Of a stretch of DNA of 64,000 nt, positions 31,222 to 44,144 are shown in pieces. Source of the stretch: Kondoa subrosea (taxonomy: Eukaryota); the NCBI GenBank assembly GCA_039545335.1, contig BCIN01000006.1, positions 434,001-498,000 of the forward strand, read 5' to 3'. Made by a program: the position numbers and the translations under genes. The notes under the pieces are model-generated. The model saw nothing but the letters and a program-made list of their open reading frames with translations, did not search any database and had not been told where the DNA came from. Positions within the stretch are counted from its first letter, which is position 1; every line of letters begins with the position of its first letter.

Positions 31222-32995
31222 ATGCACTCTCTCGTTTTAGCTACCGCTTTACTTTTAGCTCCGATCGTTTCTGCTCAAAGATCCTTGAAGATCGTCAACC
31301 AATGCAGCGAAACCATCTGGCCAGCTTTGTACGCTTCGAATTTGCTGATTGTAAAGTTACGCTTATACCTCTGCTTCTTTTCATCTCTCCAGGTTCACCA
31401 ATCCTGATGTGAGTATGCTTTGTATTCAACTTCTCTTTGATCTGACCGTGTGCTCAGGTCCTGGCGAAGGGATTGAATCCAAAAGTCCCCACTGGATGGG
31501 TAGCTGCTCCAGGTAGTTCAATCACTATCGAGGCACCTGCAAACTGGTGCGGAAGGTGAGATACTCTAATTGCTGTACAGCTCGGAATACTGACAGATTT
31601 TGCAGAGTCTGGGCCAGAACTCAATGTGATTTCAGCGAAAATAGCGTCTTACCTCAGACTTGCACCACTGGTGGGTGCAATGGGTAAGCTCTCTGTATGG
31701 TGACTACTAGTCCTAGCTGACCGCCTCTCGTAACAGCGGTCTAGAAGTATGTTTTGCTGTTTTCCTCTGACAAGAGCTGATTCTTGTTCAGTGCGATCTC
31801 AGCACCGGCACTGGAGTCGCACCAGTTACATTGGCAGAGTTCTGCATGGACACGCCTGACGGTTCGTGTTTCAACTGTTGCTTTTTTTCCACAACTATAA
31901 CTTCTGCTATCAAGGCGACGACTACTACGATCTCTCGAAGTAAGTTTTCTCCAGTCTCAATGCTTCTCAGTATTCATATTCGCTTTCCAGTGTTGATGGT
32001 TCCAATGTACCTGTTTCTATCGAGAACACAGTCGGTTGCAAATCGCCTTCTTGCCCAACTGACATCAACAAGATTTGCCCTGTATGTCAAGCCACTTTAG
32101 GTCGTGGACTTTGCTGATCATCCGATCGATAGGAACAATTGCAAGTCAAGGCCAAAGATGGTTCTGTTGTTGGTTGTCTGTCAGCTTGCCAAGGTATGCT
32201 AGTAGACCTGCAGTATTTCAAAGCTAATTCAATTTCGCAGCTGGTCTCGATCCTTCCGGCCAAAGGTGCATTGGCTTTGTAGAAGACTCCGCTTATACTC
32301 ATGTCTCGTCTCGATAGCTGCTGTACTGGTGCACACAACGTACCCGCTACTTGTCCGGCTTCTGGTGTCATGTTCTACTCAGTCTTCAAAGATGCGTGCC
32401 CTGGTGAGTCGGACCTTCCCTACGTATTCCTAGCACGATCTGACCTTAGTCTTCAGACGCCTATGCCTACGCTTATGGTATGCTTGAACGTTCAATTCAG
32501 GTATCATCATGTTTGCTGATCTGGCTTGTATAGACGAGGGAAGCGGAACTTCGCTCTGGAGATGCGAATCGGCCCTAGCTGCCGATTAGTATGTCTAATA
32601 TCTCGCAACCTTGTATGATGCTGATCTATCTTTCAGCACTGTCACATTCTGCCCAGTGAGTTATCATTCAGAAGCCATACTCTGAAGCTGATTGATCTAT
32701 AGAACGGGTCTTCTTCGCCTGCACCTGTTCCGGCACCTGTCACTTCAGCTCCCATCGTGTCGTCTACCATCGCTGCTGAACCTACTACCATCGCTTCTTC
32801 CGTTGAAGAGATAGTCTCTTCAATCAGTATGTCTCGCACTCGAACTCGTCGACCTCGACCAACCCACACCGGTCATGGCGGAAGTGGTCTCCATGGTATA
32901 CCAGTAAGTGTGCTTCGTTAGGCTCCTAGTGTCAGCTCTGATTGCCTTGGTTTCAGCAAAACGGTCAAGATTATGTTCTTCGCAAGCTTGAATAG
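31222..32995 (+). CDS. Secreted thaumatin-like (PR-5) protein
   Basis: Signal peptide, then IVNQCSETIWPAL, GRVWARTQC, CTTGGC, PVTLAEF, DYYDLS.VDG.NVP, CLSAC, CCTG and FKDACPDAYAYAYD...TFCP, followed by an S/T/P linker and an R/H-rich tail. Confidence 0.9.
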
Positions 32996-33147
32996 ATTCC
33001 GGTGTATTGCTGCTCAATGCTTAATGGGATTCATGTGTTATCTGTGCTGGTCCACTCGTAATTGCAATGCTATGCCTTTGCTACGCTATTGACACCATCC
33101 CGGAAGTTTCCCGCAGTGCACTCCTTGACTTGAACGATCATTCAAAT

Positions 33148-35184
33148 ATGGGAGCTTTAGACATTGTACCTGTACGTGAATACTTCCACCTACTTAGTCT
33201 ATTGGAGCGAGCTGACTCAGCTTAGGCTGGTGTCATTACTGGTCAGTGCAAGCATCGCATAGGCGGATGAATAGTCGCTCAACCCATTCACTTTGCAACA
33301 GGCGAGAACGTGTATGTCTGGCTCAAGCAGAGATGGTTTAAGCTAATCCGGAGCCTTGCAGCAAGAAACTCTTTGCTTATGCTAAGAAAGAGGGCGTGAG
33401 TACTGCTTCGAAATGAGTTTCTTGTAATTCCTGCTAATCACTCTGTACTAGTTCGCTATTCCTGTATGTACTTGAGTGCCGGTGATGAGAGTAGCCTATG
33501 ACCGTGTCCTCATATATACAGGCTTTCGTGAGTTTCTGGCTGCCAAAGCTAGTCTAGCTGTGCTGACCTCGTGCTTACAGAACGTCACTTCATCCTCTAC
33601 CGCTGTAGCTGCGCTTGAAGGTGCCAGGGATGCTAAAGCACCAGTCATTCTGCAAATGTCTCAAGGCGGTGCCGCTTACTGGTATATTCGCTTCCTCGCT
33701 CAACGACTGCGCTAATAGACCACACAGGGCCGGAAAGGGAGTCAAGAACCCTGCTGAGACTCAAGCTGCTTCAGTCGCTGGAGCTGTAGCTGCCGCTCAC
33801 TACATCAGGTTTGTTTTGAAGATTATTGTCCAACAAAGCTAACTTGGTATGATAGGGCTGTTGCACCTGCATATGGCATGTCAGTATCTACGTCAATTCA
33901 TCATCTCACGCTGAATGTGCTGCAGCCCGGTCATTGTTCACACTGATCACTGCGCCAAGAAACTCCTACCTTGGTTCGATGGGATGCTCGAAGCCGACGA
34001 AGCTTACTACAAGAAGAACGGCGAGCCTTTGTTCTCTTCCCACATGTTGGATCTTTCCGAAGAGTCCAAGGAAGAAAACATTGAGATCTGCTTGAAATAC
34101 TTGAAGCGCATGGCTAAGATTGACTGCTGGCTCGAAATGGAAATTGGTATCACTGGTGGTGAAGAAGATGGTGTTGACAACACTGGCGTCGACAACAACT
34201 CGCTCTACACTCAACCTGAAGATATCTGGGACATCTACAAGGCTTTCTCTGAAGTCACTGATGCTTTCTCTATCGCTGCCGCTTTCGGTAACGTTCATGG
34301 TGTATACAGTAAGCTTGCTGTTTACATGGCCATACGCCATACTGATGTCTGGAGTGCAGAGCCAGGAAACGTTCGCCTTCACCCAGAACTTTTGGAAAAG
34401 CACCAGAAGTACGTCAAGCAACAGCTAGGTAAAGATGCACCGGAATACCCAGTCTTCCTTGTCTTCCACGGCGGATCTGGCTCTGCTAAAGAAGAGATCA
34501 CTACCGCTGTTAAGAACGGTGTTGTGAAGATGGTGCGTTCCAACTACGGATCCGGTGAGATTGATCACTGAGTCTGTACCGGCACGCACAGAACGTCGAG
34601 TAAGCTTAGCCCTCGATCTGTAGTGCGCTTTATTAATTCTTGACCAGCACCGACACTCAATGGGCCTACTTGATCGGTTTCAGGGAATGTAAGCGTTTTA
34701 CTATACGTCCTAGGATTATAGCTCACACGCCCTGAATAGACTTCAACAAGAAGAAGGTTCGCTATACAGCTCGTTTGTTTTCAGTAATATAGGCTGACCA
34801 GAATGTTGCAGGACTATGTTGCTACTCAAGTCGGCAACCCTGAAGGTCCGTTTAGAGTTGCCTTGTCTTTTCTTCGACTAACACAGTTTCAAAATGGACA
34901 GGCGCTGACAAGCCTAACAAGGTTTGTACTTGTATACTCCTTCTTGCTCATTGCTGAATTTACTTGGACAGAAATACTACGATCGTGAGTAGCGTTATTG
35001 ATCAGTCACCCAATTGCTAATATCTCTTGCGATGCAGCACGTGTTTGGGTCAGAGAAGGTGAAGTCACAATGCGTAACCGTGTACAAGAATCTATGAAGG
35101 ATCTGCTGTGCGTTGATTCATCTTCTTTGCGTGTTTCATGCTCAAAGACCCGGGTGTGCGTACAGATGCGAAAACCGTCTGTAA
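33148..35184 (+). CDS. FBA1: Class II fructose-bisphosphate aldolase
   Basis: HTDHCAKKLLPW, FSSHMLDLSEE, EIGITGGEEDG, AFGNVHGVY and VFHGGSGS are present. About 19 exons by manual splicing. Confidence 0.97.
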
Positions 35185-35618
35185 ATGGGAAGAAGAAAGT
35201 AAAATGGTCACAATTTAGCAAACAAAATGCAAATTTGCTGTCAAGTTTTCATCATTGCTCTGGTCCCGCGGAGATGATACTTCTGTATCGTCGAGATAAA
35301 GTTATGGACATGACTTGCTTTTGAGTGACCGAAAATCACAGGACCGCTTTGACTCGTCGCTTTTGAACTTTGTCCGCCTTGGCATTAGATTGCCCTATCT
35401 TGCTCATTCGCTTGGAGTCTCTAGCCCTCTAGAGCGAAGCCACGTTAACGAGATTCTGATGATTACGTAATAGCCAGACACTACCGGTCTCTTAGTCAGC
35501 ATCATGGCATCTTCCTCGGGCTCGACGGCGAGGCGAGATCCATGCGTGCTAGAAGGAGGACTCGCTAGAAGCCTCTCTTTCGCATTGAAGCTTTTGTCGC
35601 ACACACAGCAGCCTCACG

Positions 35619-37547
35619 ATGTCCTCACAGCTGCTCGACCTGGGCATCACCTTATCACAAACCTTGACTATCGGTGTAGCTCTTGTTCTGGCCCATAGCT
35701 TCTTGCCTGTAGGCTATCATGAGCGCAAAATCCATGTCCGTGCAGGCTCACCCAGATCCAGGGCATTTGGACAGGTCTCACGACTCTTCAGTCTATTCCT
35801 GGACCTTGGCTGAACCGATACTCTGTCTGGCCATTACGTCTAGCTACTATTGGAGGGAAGCGCTGTCACTACATACATGAATTGCATCAGCGCTATGGGA
35901 ATGTGGTCAGACTCAGCCCTGACGAGGTTGCGATCAATGATCCTGCTGCCTGTAAAGCTATCCATGCCATAGGCAGCGGATTCCTCAAAGCTCCATGGTA
36001 TGCTAAGTTTCAGCCTCCGGCGCATGCAGGCGGAGGAGATGAAACACAAGGCATATGTGAGCAAATTCGCGTCGCTGATATAGGTAACGAGCTGATATTG
36101 AGTACAGTTGCTATGCGCAATCCGTGCGCTTTCACTGTGCCAATCTCTTCATCTACTTTCTAATATCCTTCATCAGTAAAATTCACTCTCGGAGACGGAA
36201 GCTCTTTTCGAATGCTTTCACCAAGACCAGTCTGCAAGAATGGGAAGATGTGCTACAAGAGAAAGTACAGATGACTATCGCAGGGATGAAAGAATCGGCT
36301 GCAAAGAAGGGTCATGCAGAGTTCGCTTCCATTGCCCGAATAAATTTATCGGCTGACGACAGATACAGTATCTTCGCTTGGTTCGGTTTTATGGTGCGCA
36401 CAGCTTGGTCTTTCAGTATCTCAAGCCTGCTAAAGCGTATGAGTAGGCTAATGATGTTATCGCTACGCTGTCATTTGGTCAGAGCTTCAAACTGCTTGAA
36501 GCTGGAGAGGTCAGTCAAATCCTCTCATTCTCGCATATCAGCTAAATCGGCCAAGGTCACACCTTTCGTCCGGGATCTAGGAAGGGTCATGATGATCGAT
36601 GGAATATTACTCGACTTGCCGTACTTGAAACCAATTCTGAAACTCTTTTCGCCAAACGCGAAAGTAGATGCAGTAGGTCAACGAGCCATGGCGCAATGTA
36701 TGGAACAAGAGGCATCAATGCCAGGTCATCGAGGCAATATCTTCACCAAAATGATGGCTTCAAAAGATCTTGATTTTGCGCAAATAAGCAAGGAAGCTAC
36801 GAATTTCTTGATTGCTGGAAGTGAAACTACTGCTATTACTCTCACTTACCTCATCTATTCTGTTCTCAAACCGGAGCAAGAAGATGTGAAGAGAAGATTA
36901 GTGCAGGAAGTCTCGCAGCTGAAACCTGACTTTTCAAGTACTGAAGCAATGGATTTGCCTTATCTACACCAGGTTATTCAGGAGACTCTAAGATTATATG
37001 GCGCCGCGCCAGGTATCTATTTCTTGCTTGTCATATAACTCAGCTCATACTCAGTCGACAGGGTCACTGCCGCGATCTGTACCTCAGAATGGCCGTCATC
37101 TAGCAGGCTATGCTTTCCCTGCCGATACAGTTGTAGTTCGTCTGGCGCGTAATTTCCGTGGATTTATCTTGACGCGTGATAATAGTCGACTCAAGCATTC
37201 TCTCTACATCGCGACGCAGTAGTCTTCCCCAATCCAGAGGAATTTGATCCATCGCGCTGGAATAATCCCTCAGACTCGATGAAAGACAGCTTCATGCCTT
37301 TTGGAGGCGGAACAAGAGGTGCGCGCAACCTTTTTTTCCTTCTTTAGAACCCTGAGAGCTGATCTACGCGATAGTCTGTATTGCCGCACGTCTGGCCACT
37401 ATGGAGATGGCGCTGGCAACCGCGACATTCTTCAGAGCTTTTCCCGACGCGAAATTAGCACAAGATTGCACGGAGGACAGTATGAGCATGGAAAACTACT
37501 TTATCATCGCTCCAAAAGCTCATCAGTGTAATATTCTACCGTACTGA
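35619..37547 (+). CDS. Cytochrome P450 monooxygenase
   Basis: N-terminal TM segment and PGPW, LHQRYGNVVRLSPDEV, I-helix AGSETTA, K-helix ETLR, FDPSRW, and heme loop FGGGTRVCIA (spans an intron). Confidence 0.92.
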
Positions 37548-37795
37548 GCGGTTTGTGTGGCGGGCAAGCTAATCGTTGACCTTGGAGATTACGCGAGTCC
37601 GGTAAACAAACCAATTTGCATTCAAAACAATGGCAAAGTGCCCGAAATTTCTGTAGCTTGAGCTTCATCGTTCTGTAGACTACGACGAGCTTCAACCTAC
37701 TTAGGCGCATTTTGACTGTCCTTCAAACGCGCTATAGGACACTGCTTGGTCTTAGTCTAGGTGGATCGGCGCAGTACAATTTCTGTCGCAATAAC

Positions 37796-39277
37796 ATGGC
37801 TTCAACGTCAACGGGTCGACTCGAGTCCTTACCCTTGTCTGCACCAAATCTGCAAATACCTCTGGTAGCGAGACGACCTTTAGCGCTACCAACAGGCTAC
37901 AACAGCGCTCACTTGGTGATCTCAACGGTTCCTCCTGTTTCGTCGCGCTTGCCTGTAAATTCTTCAACACCGATGCGAAGCTCAAGTCAAGGCTCCTCAT
38001 CATCAGAATCTGGCTCCGTGGGGCCTGCTAGCAAGGTGGATATATCTGCCATGGAGGAACACAGGGACAATGTACGTTCATTCTTTGCGCAAAGTATAGC
38101 TCATTCCACTGATGATTGAACCAGACTAAGAAACGTCGCAGAACTACACCACACGAGTTAGCTACCCTTGAAGCCAATTTCCAAGCGAACCCACTGCCAG
38201 ATCTGAGATCTCGCGAGCAATTGGCAGCGAAGCTTAATATGACTCCTCGAGCTGTTCAGATATGGGTTAGTCATTCTCGATTAGCATTTAAATATTGCGA
38301 TGCTAATAATCATGCTTGCACAGTTTCAGAACCGTCGACAAAAGGAGAAGAAGCTTCCTCCAAGCGATCGCGTCTTGCCAAAGTTACCAAACCCGTCTGA
38401 ATACAGCAACTACTCTTTACGCGATATGGCTGCAACTGGAACGTCTACTTCGACTGATCTACCAAGATTCCCATCTGTTATGAATAACTTGACTGTTGAG
38501 CGACCTCCAATTTCTCGCGCCGTATCAGCACCCGCTTCCTCTACTTCTGCTCTCTTCCCTTCTTTGTATCCCAGCCTGGATGCTTTCAATAGTCATGGAA
38601 ACAGCGCAACAACCAAATCAATTCAACCTGGACGACCTCCTCTGAAGAGACAAACCAGTCAAACATACACCTACGATGCACATGGTCAAGCATGTCTTCC
38701 TCCTCTCAATCTGGCAGACCAAACGTCCCCGCAACAAAGTACTCAATCGACTATGATGAAGCGCGCTCATTCAGTCTTTGCTACTTCCCAATCTTATATG
38801 CACCATACTCCTGCAGGAGAAGATGAAGAACTCTACCCCGATTCGCCCTTGCAAGGAGGAGGCAATGAACATTCACCAGGTTCCGATGCTAATATGGCTT
38901 TACAACGCAAACGTCAAAAATTGATGAATGAAGCCAATTATTCTTCACTCAACAACAACACGATTTTGACTGGCGGCGCATCTTCTCCTTTCTTATTCAA
39001 TATGGCTACTGCTTCTTCTTCACCTGAAAAGAAAGAGGGAGGCGGAGAATTTGGTGGGAAATTATCTTTGGGTTTCTTGTTGCAAGCAGCAAATCAAGTG
39101 GATGAGAAAGCGGAAGAAATGGAAGTCAGTACAGATGAAGAGACTGCATATATTGCTAAAGCAAGAGGTGGGAAAGGAGATGAAAGCTTTTCTTCCGTCG
39201 ATGGTGATCAAGAAGAAGATGGCGATTCTTCGAGACAGGAAGCGGAATTGTTGCTTAGCTTGATGAGCGGCCATTGA
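37796..39277 (+). CDS. Homeodomain transcription factor
   Basis: KKRRRTTPHELATLEANFQANPLPDLRSREQLAAKLNMTPRAVQIW|FQNRRQKEKK is a complete homeodomain, with an intron inside WFQN. Confidence 0.9.
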
Positions 39278-39844
39278 AGGAAAGTCAGGGAAGAGTCTGA
39301 TTGAAGAAAAGATAGAAACTTGGGAGGAAAAGAATGGTCAGGGCAAGCCTGAATTGGCATGCGAAGAGGAGAAGAACGGAAAGAATGGGAAACATTCATC
39401 AATCATATCATCACGTGCACTTTCCATGGGTTAGTAAACAATATTTGTACTTAGCATAGCAGTAGCATATAGCATTTGATTTGTCTCTTGGTTTGAATGC
39501 ATCTCGACGTGGTACTCTATAATGTCTGATTGCCATTCATCTAGCTTCTCTGTCGCTCTACTAGACCATCAAATAGAAGCAAGAGATAAAGCAAGACCCG
39601 CATGATGCTGCATCATAGGAATTCAAAACCAATAGAGATGAAAGATAGAGAATTAAAGAAGCAAGGGAACAGCAGCAAAGAGAGAAGAACTATACATTCA
39701 TTTTTAAGCACAGCTTTGTTGTTGTTCAAGATTAAACTACCAATAATGCAAACTTTCCCATAATACACCAAATCTATTCACTACGAAACTTCAATCTTCA
39801 TTCAATCGCTTTGTTCACTTTCTTCAGTTATCTTTGGACGACTT

Positions 39845-42779
39845 CTACCAAGCAGGAGAATACATGGAAGAAGAAGAGCCAAGAAAAGGTGTGCCGAAAC
39901 CTTTAGGAGTTTGAGGATATTGAGAAAACGGATTCGTCTTCTTATCACTCAACCTTTCCAATTCGTTGCCAAGATGATCGTAAGGGTCAGAATAACTGTT
40001 GACCCATCCGTAATGACCCATTGGCGAACCATGCTTGCCAGGAGAAGTCATGTAAGGTCTTGTTCCAGCAGCGCCGCCTGGAGTCCCTTGCATGAATTGA
40101 AGAGCACGAGAAGCTTGTCTTGCATGCAAAGAAGGTTCTTCCTCTTCTCTAATGGTAGAAGGAACAACTGGAGTAGACATGATTTGATCCTGATCTTGAG
40201 CATCTATTTGTCGACCTTTGCCTTTATCTTTCGAAGCAGGCATTTCGTCATCTTCTGGCTTGTCTTCATCTTCGTCATCGCCTCGAATATTACTTGTTTG
40301 CACCGGCGATCCAGCAGGACCACGTAAAGAAGAAACGGGCGATTGAATGTTTGCGCTAAACATGTTGTACATTGGTCCACCAAATTCAGCAGATTGAGCC
40401 AATTCAGGTGATCTTAATGCGTTTTGACGAATTGTTACAGCAGGTAAGAAAGAGAAAGCAGAAGGAGGTGTAGATTCTCTTGAATTTCTTGCTGCCCCTG
40501 CGATAGGCATACCAGCTGCTACACTTGGAACAGGTGAAGCGAGTAGAGCAGCAGTAAGTTCTTGGTGAGTCGGTAGACCTTCCACACCAGCACCAAAGAC
40601 TGAACTTGCGCTGTTCAATTTAGGCGAACCAAGAACATGGCGTTTGATTGGTTCCATAGCCTCGTTTCGATTTGGCAACTGGAACATTTCCATCTCCATT
40701 TGAGTGTCGCGCATAGTAGATTGACGTCTTCTGTGACTTCTGCGAACAGGCGGAGGTGGTGGAAGAGGAATGTCAATATCCTCGTCTTCTCCTGCTCCTG
40801 CATTGCTTTCGGTAGGTTTCTCAAAGTCTGGGAAAGTCGTAGTCGAACTTGAAGCAGAAGGAGGCTGAGAAAAGAGGGAAGCTTCTCTCTTAGCTCGTTT
40901 CTTTGGTGGTTGACCATTGTTTGAAATGTATGAAGTGTCACTCATTGCATCATTCTCAGATGGAGCAGGGGAAGGAGCATTTGAACCAGCTTCAGAAGGA
41001 GGAGGTAAAAGAGAAGCGTTGCCAGTGGTTTTAGCATTGGCTTTAGCTTTCGGTGCTTTGGTTGTTGCAGTCGGCGTAGACTCTTTAGATTTCCTCGCTC
41101 CACCTTTCTTGACAAATCCACCATTGGCAAATTGTTCTTCGCATCCAGCTACAACAGTCCACAAAGCTCCTTTACCAGGTTGATTGGCATCTCTTGGAGT
41201 TTTGGCAAAACATTCGTTCAAAGAAAGGTTGTGCCGAATAGAATTCTGCCAACCAGCATCTTCCTTTTTGTAATAAGTGTAATTACCAATGATGAAGGTA
41301 TAAATGTCGTTCAAAGAAATGCGTTTATCCGGAACAGCGAAAATAGCTTGACCAATCAATGCAGCATCTGTGTGCGTATGTATCATGATCAGCAATCTTG
41401 TCCTTCATGTCACTCAAGACAAAGGCAACAAACAACTATAAGGAGGTTTACCAGATCGATCCTTTTTGGGTGGTTTTTCTCCATCAGCTCTTTTGGCAGG
41501 TGCTTTCTTTTTCTTTGGAGCTGGCTTGTCTGTACCGTTGGCACTTGCGTTTAAGCTAGGTGTAGGCGCTCGAGAAGAGACTGAAGTAGCCAAAGTAGTG
41601 TACGAAGAACCTTGCTCTGAGCTTTGTGAGGAACGCATAGAAGGGTCGAGGGAAGCTTGAGATTCAGCTAAAGAAGGAGCAGCGGCGAGGTCTGGGTCAA
41701 TTGCTTCATAAGGGTTAGTGAAGTTGAAAGAATTTGGTGGAAGAGGTGCATAAGAGTGAGGCGGAAGAGGGAAGTTGGGTGCTTGACTGAATGCATCAGT
41801 TTGATGACCAGCAGCGGCAGCAGCGAAGAAGCTTCGAAAGTCAGGTGGTTGCATGGTCGCATCAACAGTGGGCGGCTGAAATGACACATGTTTGAACTTA
41901 GATGGACAGAGCAACACAAAATTAATAACTCACCTGCACCATTGTTGTAGGAACAGGTTGTGATTTCCTACTTGCACCCAATTCCTCCAAAGTATTGCCA
42001 TTCAAAAATCGTTCCATAGCACCTCGTGAAGAAGGAGTAGCCAAACTCAGGAGAGGATCATGTGAACCAGCTTGAGAAGTAGGTGCTGGACTATTGTTGG
42101 TAGAAGAAGAAGACGGCTCAATTATCCCGTTGTTTCTCGTCTTTGTTGCAGAGGACGATGCATCAGCTTCGAATTGCATTCCCAAACCCAGCAATTCATT
42201 TGCTGCATTTCGAGTATCGTCAGAAACAAGATTGGGTTCACCGTTAGCTGAAAGTCGTAAAGGCGTTAAACCTTCTTGACTTCTTTTTCGCTTCATTCTC
42301 GTTGAATCTTCTCGAAGCGGTGTAGGCGAATGAGCCCGGTCAATAGGTGCAGGCGAAACGCTTCTTTGATGATTGAGCGGTTGTCCAAGCGCAGGTTGCA
42401 AAGTCATTTGAGGTTGTTTTGAATTGTGAGCCTGAGCGTAAGCTTCGATTGAAATTTGATCAAGAATTTGTGGAAGTGCTGTAGGGGTGAGAGCAGCTGG
42501 TGAAGAAGAAGCTGATTGATTGCTATACACGAGTTGAGGCAAAGGAGATGTCGAGCGATTTGGCGTTATGGACATAGCCTGACCCTGACGGTGCTGCTGA
42601 ACCAAGTGCGCGTTCTTGACCAAAGGGGCAGACGCGAATCCAATAGAAGGAACCAAGAGAGGTTGAAAGAAAGGATCAGACTGGGATTGACTGATCAAAT
42701 TGAGTTGCCCTGAAAGATGAGTTGGCGATTCTTGCGGTTGAAATGATTTCAAGAAAGCCGCAAAGTAGCTGTCAGACAT
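39845..42779 (-). CDS. Forkhead transcription factor (Sep1/Hcm1-like, no FHA domain seen)
   Basis: KPPYSY|AALIGQAIF...ISLNDIYTFI..Y.YYKKEDAGWQNSIRHNLSLNECF.K..R....PGKGALW, flanked by long disordered regions rich in SP/TP. Confidence 0.9.
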
Positions 42780-44144
42780 GATGATACACAGTAAGCTTGA
42801 TGTTCTACTAACAGTCTCAGAGTGCGAAGGCAAGGACAGGGCGAGTGCAAGAACGAAAGAGGAAAAGAAAAACAGAGCATCACCCAAAAGACTGACTTAC
42901 CCGTGCCGTGGGCAAATTGAGAACCAGTCTCAAGAAAACAGGTTTCTTTAGTCCTTGACCCAATTACCCTCTTATCCTACATCGACGACGTGCCTCAGCT
43001 TTGGTGTTCTCGTTCCAATCCGAAAGCTTACTGACAAAGGCCTGCCTTTCTTTTGGACCCGATTGCTTCGCTGTTGGGTACGCAGACCTCGTCAGACCTC
43101 CGTGCATCTCTTCCAAGCAATCTGCACTCACGATAACCAGATGTCTACGCTGTGTGGCCGCTTTCAGAAGAAAAAAACAAAGGTCGAGGAAGACCGGTCA
43201 AATCGTTCCGAATGTCTCTCTAGCGCAACAGTCTACATAGCAGACTGCAGCAGGTACTATAGTCCTCTATCTGTATCTCATCAATTCGTTCGCTTTTGCT
43301 TTCTCCATTCGTGTTATCAATTTTCGTGAACTTGCACGTCATTAGGGCGTCTTGTCCTGCATCTCTACCCGATCATGCCTCAAAGTCCTCGAAAGACTTT
43401 CTTGCAATCTTATCAAGCCGTAGGCCTTTCTTTTCAGGTTGTTCCATCTCTTGTTTTCTCATCTTGCGGAAAAACAGCTTGCCGGTACTCAGCGAATCGT
43501 ACTTTGGCTAGGTAGAGACGCTTACTTTGTAGTCTATCTAATGGCGTTCCTAATATCTCGCAAAGGAATGGGAGCATTTGCTTTCGCTGCACTGAAAACG
43601 AACGATATGCTGGCAGCTAAGGGGACACTGGAGAAGAGTCAGGCGAAGTCTGCGTAGCTGAGAAAGAAGAGTGTGAGAGGCAGAATGTGAGGTGAGGCGT
43701 TGTTCTTCAGGGCGAATGAGGCTGAGAATTCAAACTAGGGTGTTCTCTGTAAACATAGGAAAGCAATGTATTACTGTATGTACACTGCCTGGAGCCTAGG
43801 TGCCGAGTACTGTAGCTGTATACTCCTTGGACTGTTCTCCTTCTCCTTCTCCCGAAACATTGCAGTATGAATGGCGGAAGACTGCTTCCCATCCGATTGG
43901 AACACGGCCATGTGCCGGTGCTTATAGTCACTTCAATGCCCAAACTTACTTGTCACGAGAGACATCTGATATTATCGAAGGAAAAGAAGAGTTCAACTAA
44001 GCGATTCATAAATCTCTTTTTCAGTAGCTTGGAGGGTATCTCATGCTAGGTACATTCACTTTACTTCCTGCGCCTCTTTCTCTTCGCCTGAACTAGGTTA
44101 AACTCCGGGAACTAAGCTTCATCCATAGATATTAAAGGGAATGA

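Noticed and set aside
35619..37547. Secondary-metabolite gene cluster around the P450, AKR and SnoaL genes
   Set aside because: No PKS, NRPS or terpene synthase is present in the window, and these genes are interspersed with housekeeping genes.
37796..39277. Homeodomain gene as a mating-type HD1/HD2 locus
   Set aside because: There is no divergently transcribed partner homeodomain gene. The upstream neighbour is a P450, and no pheromone or receptor genes were seen.
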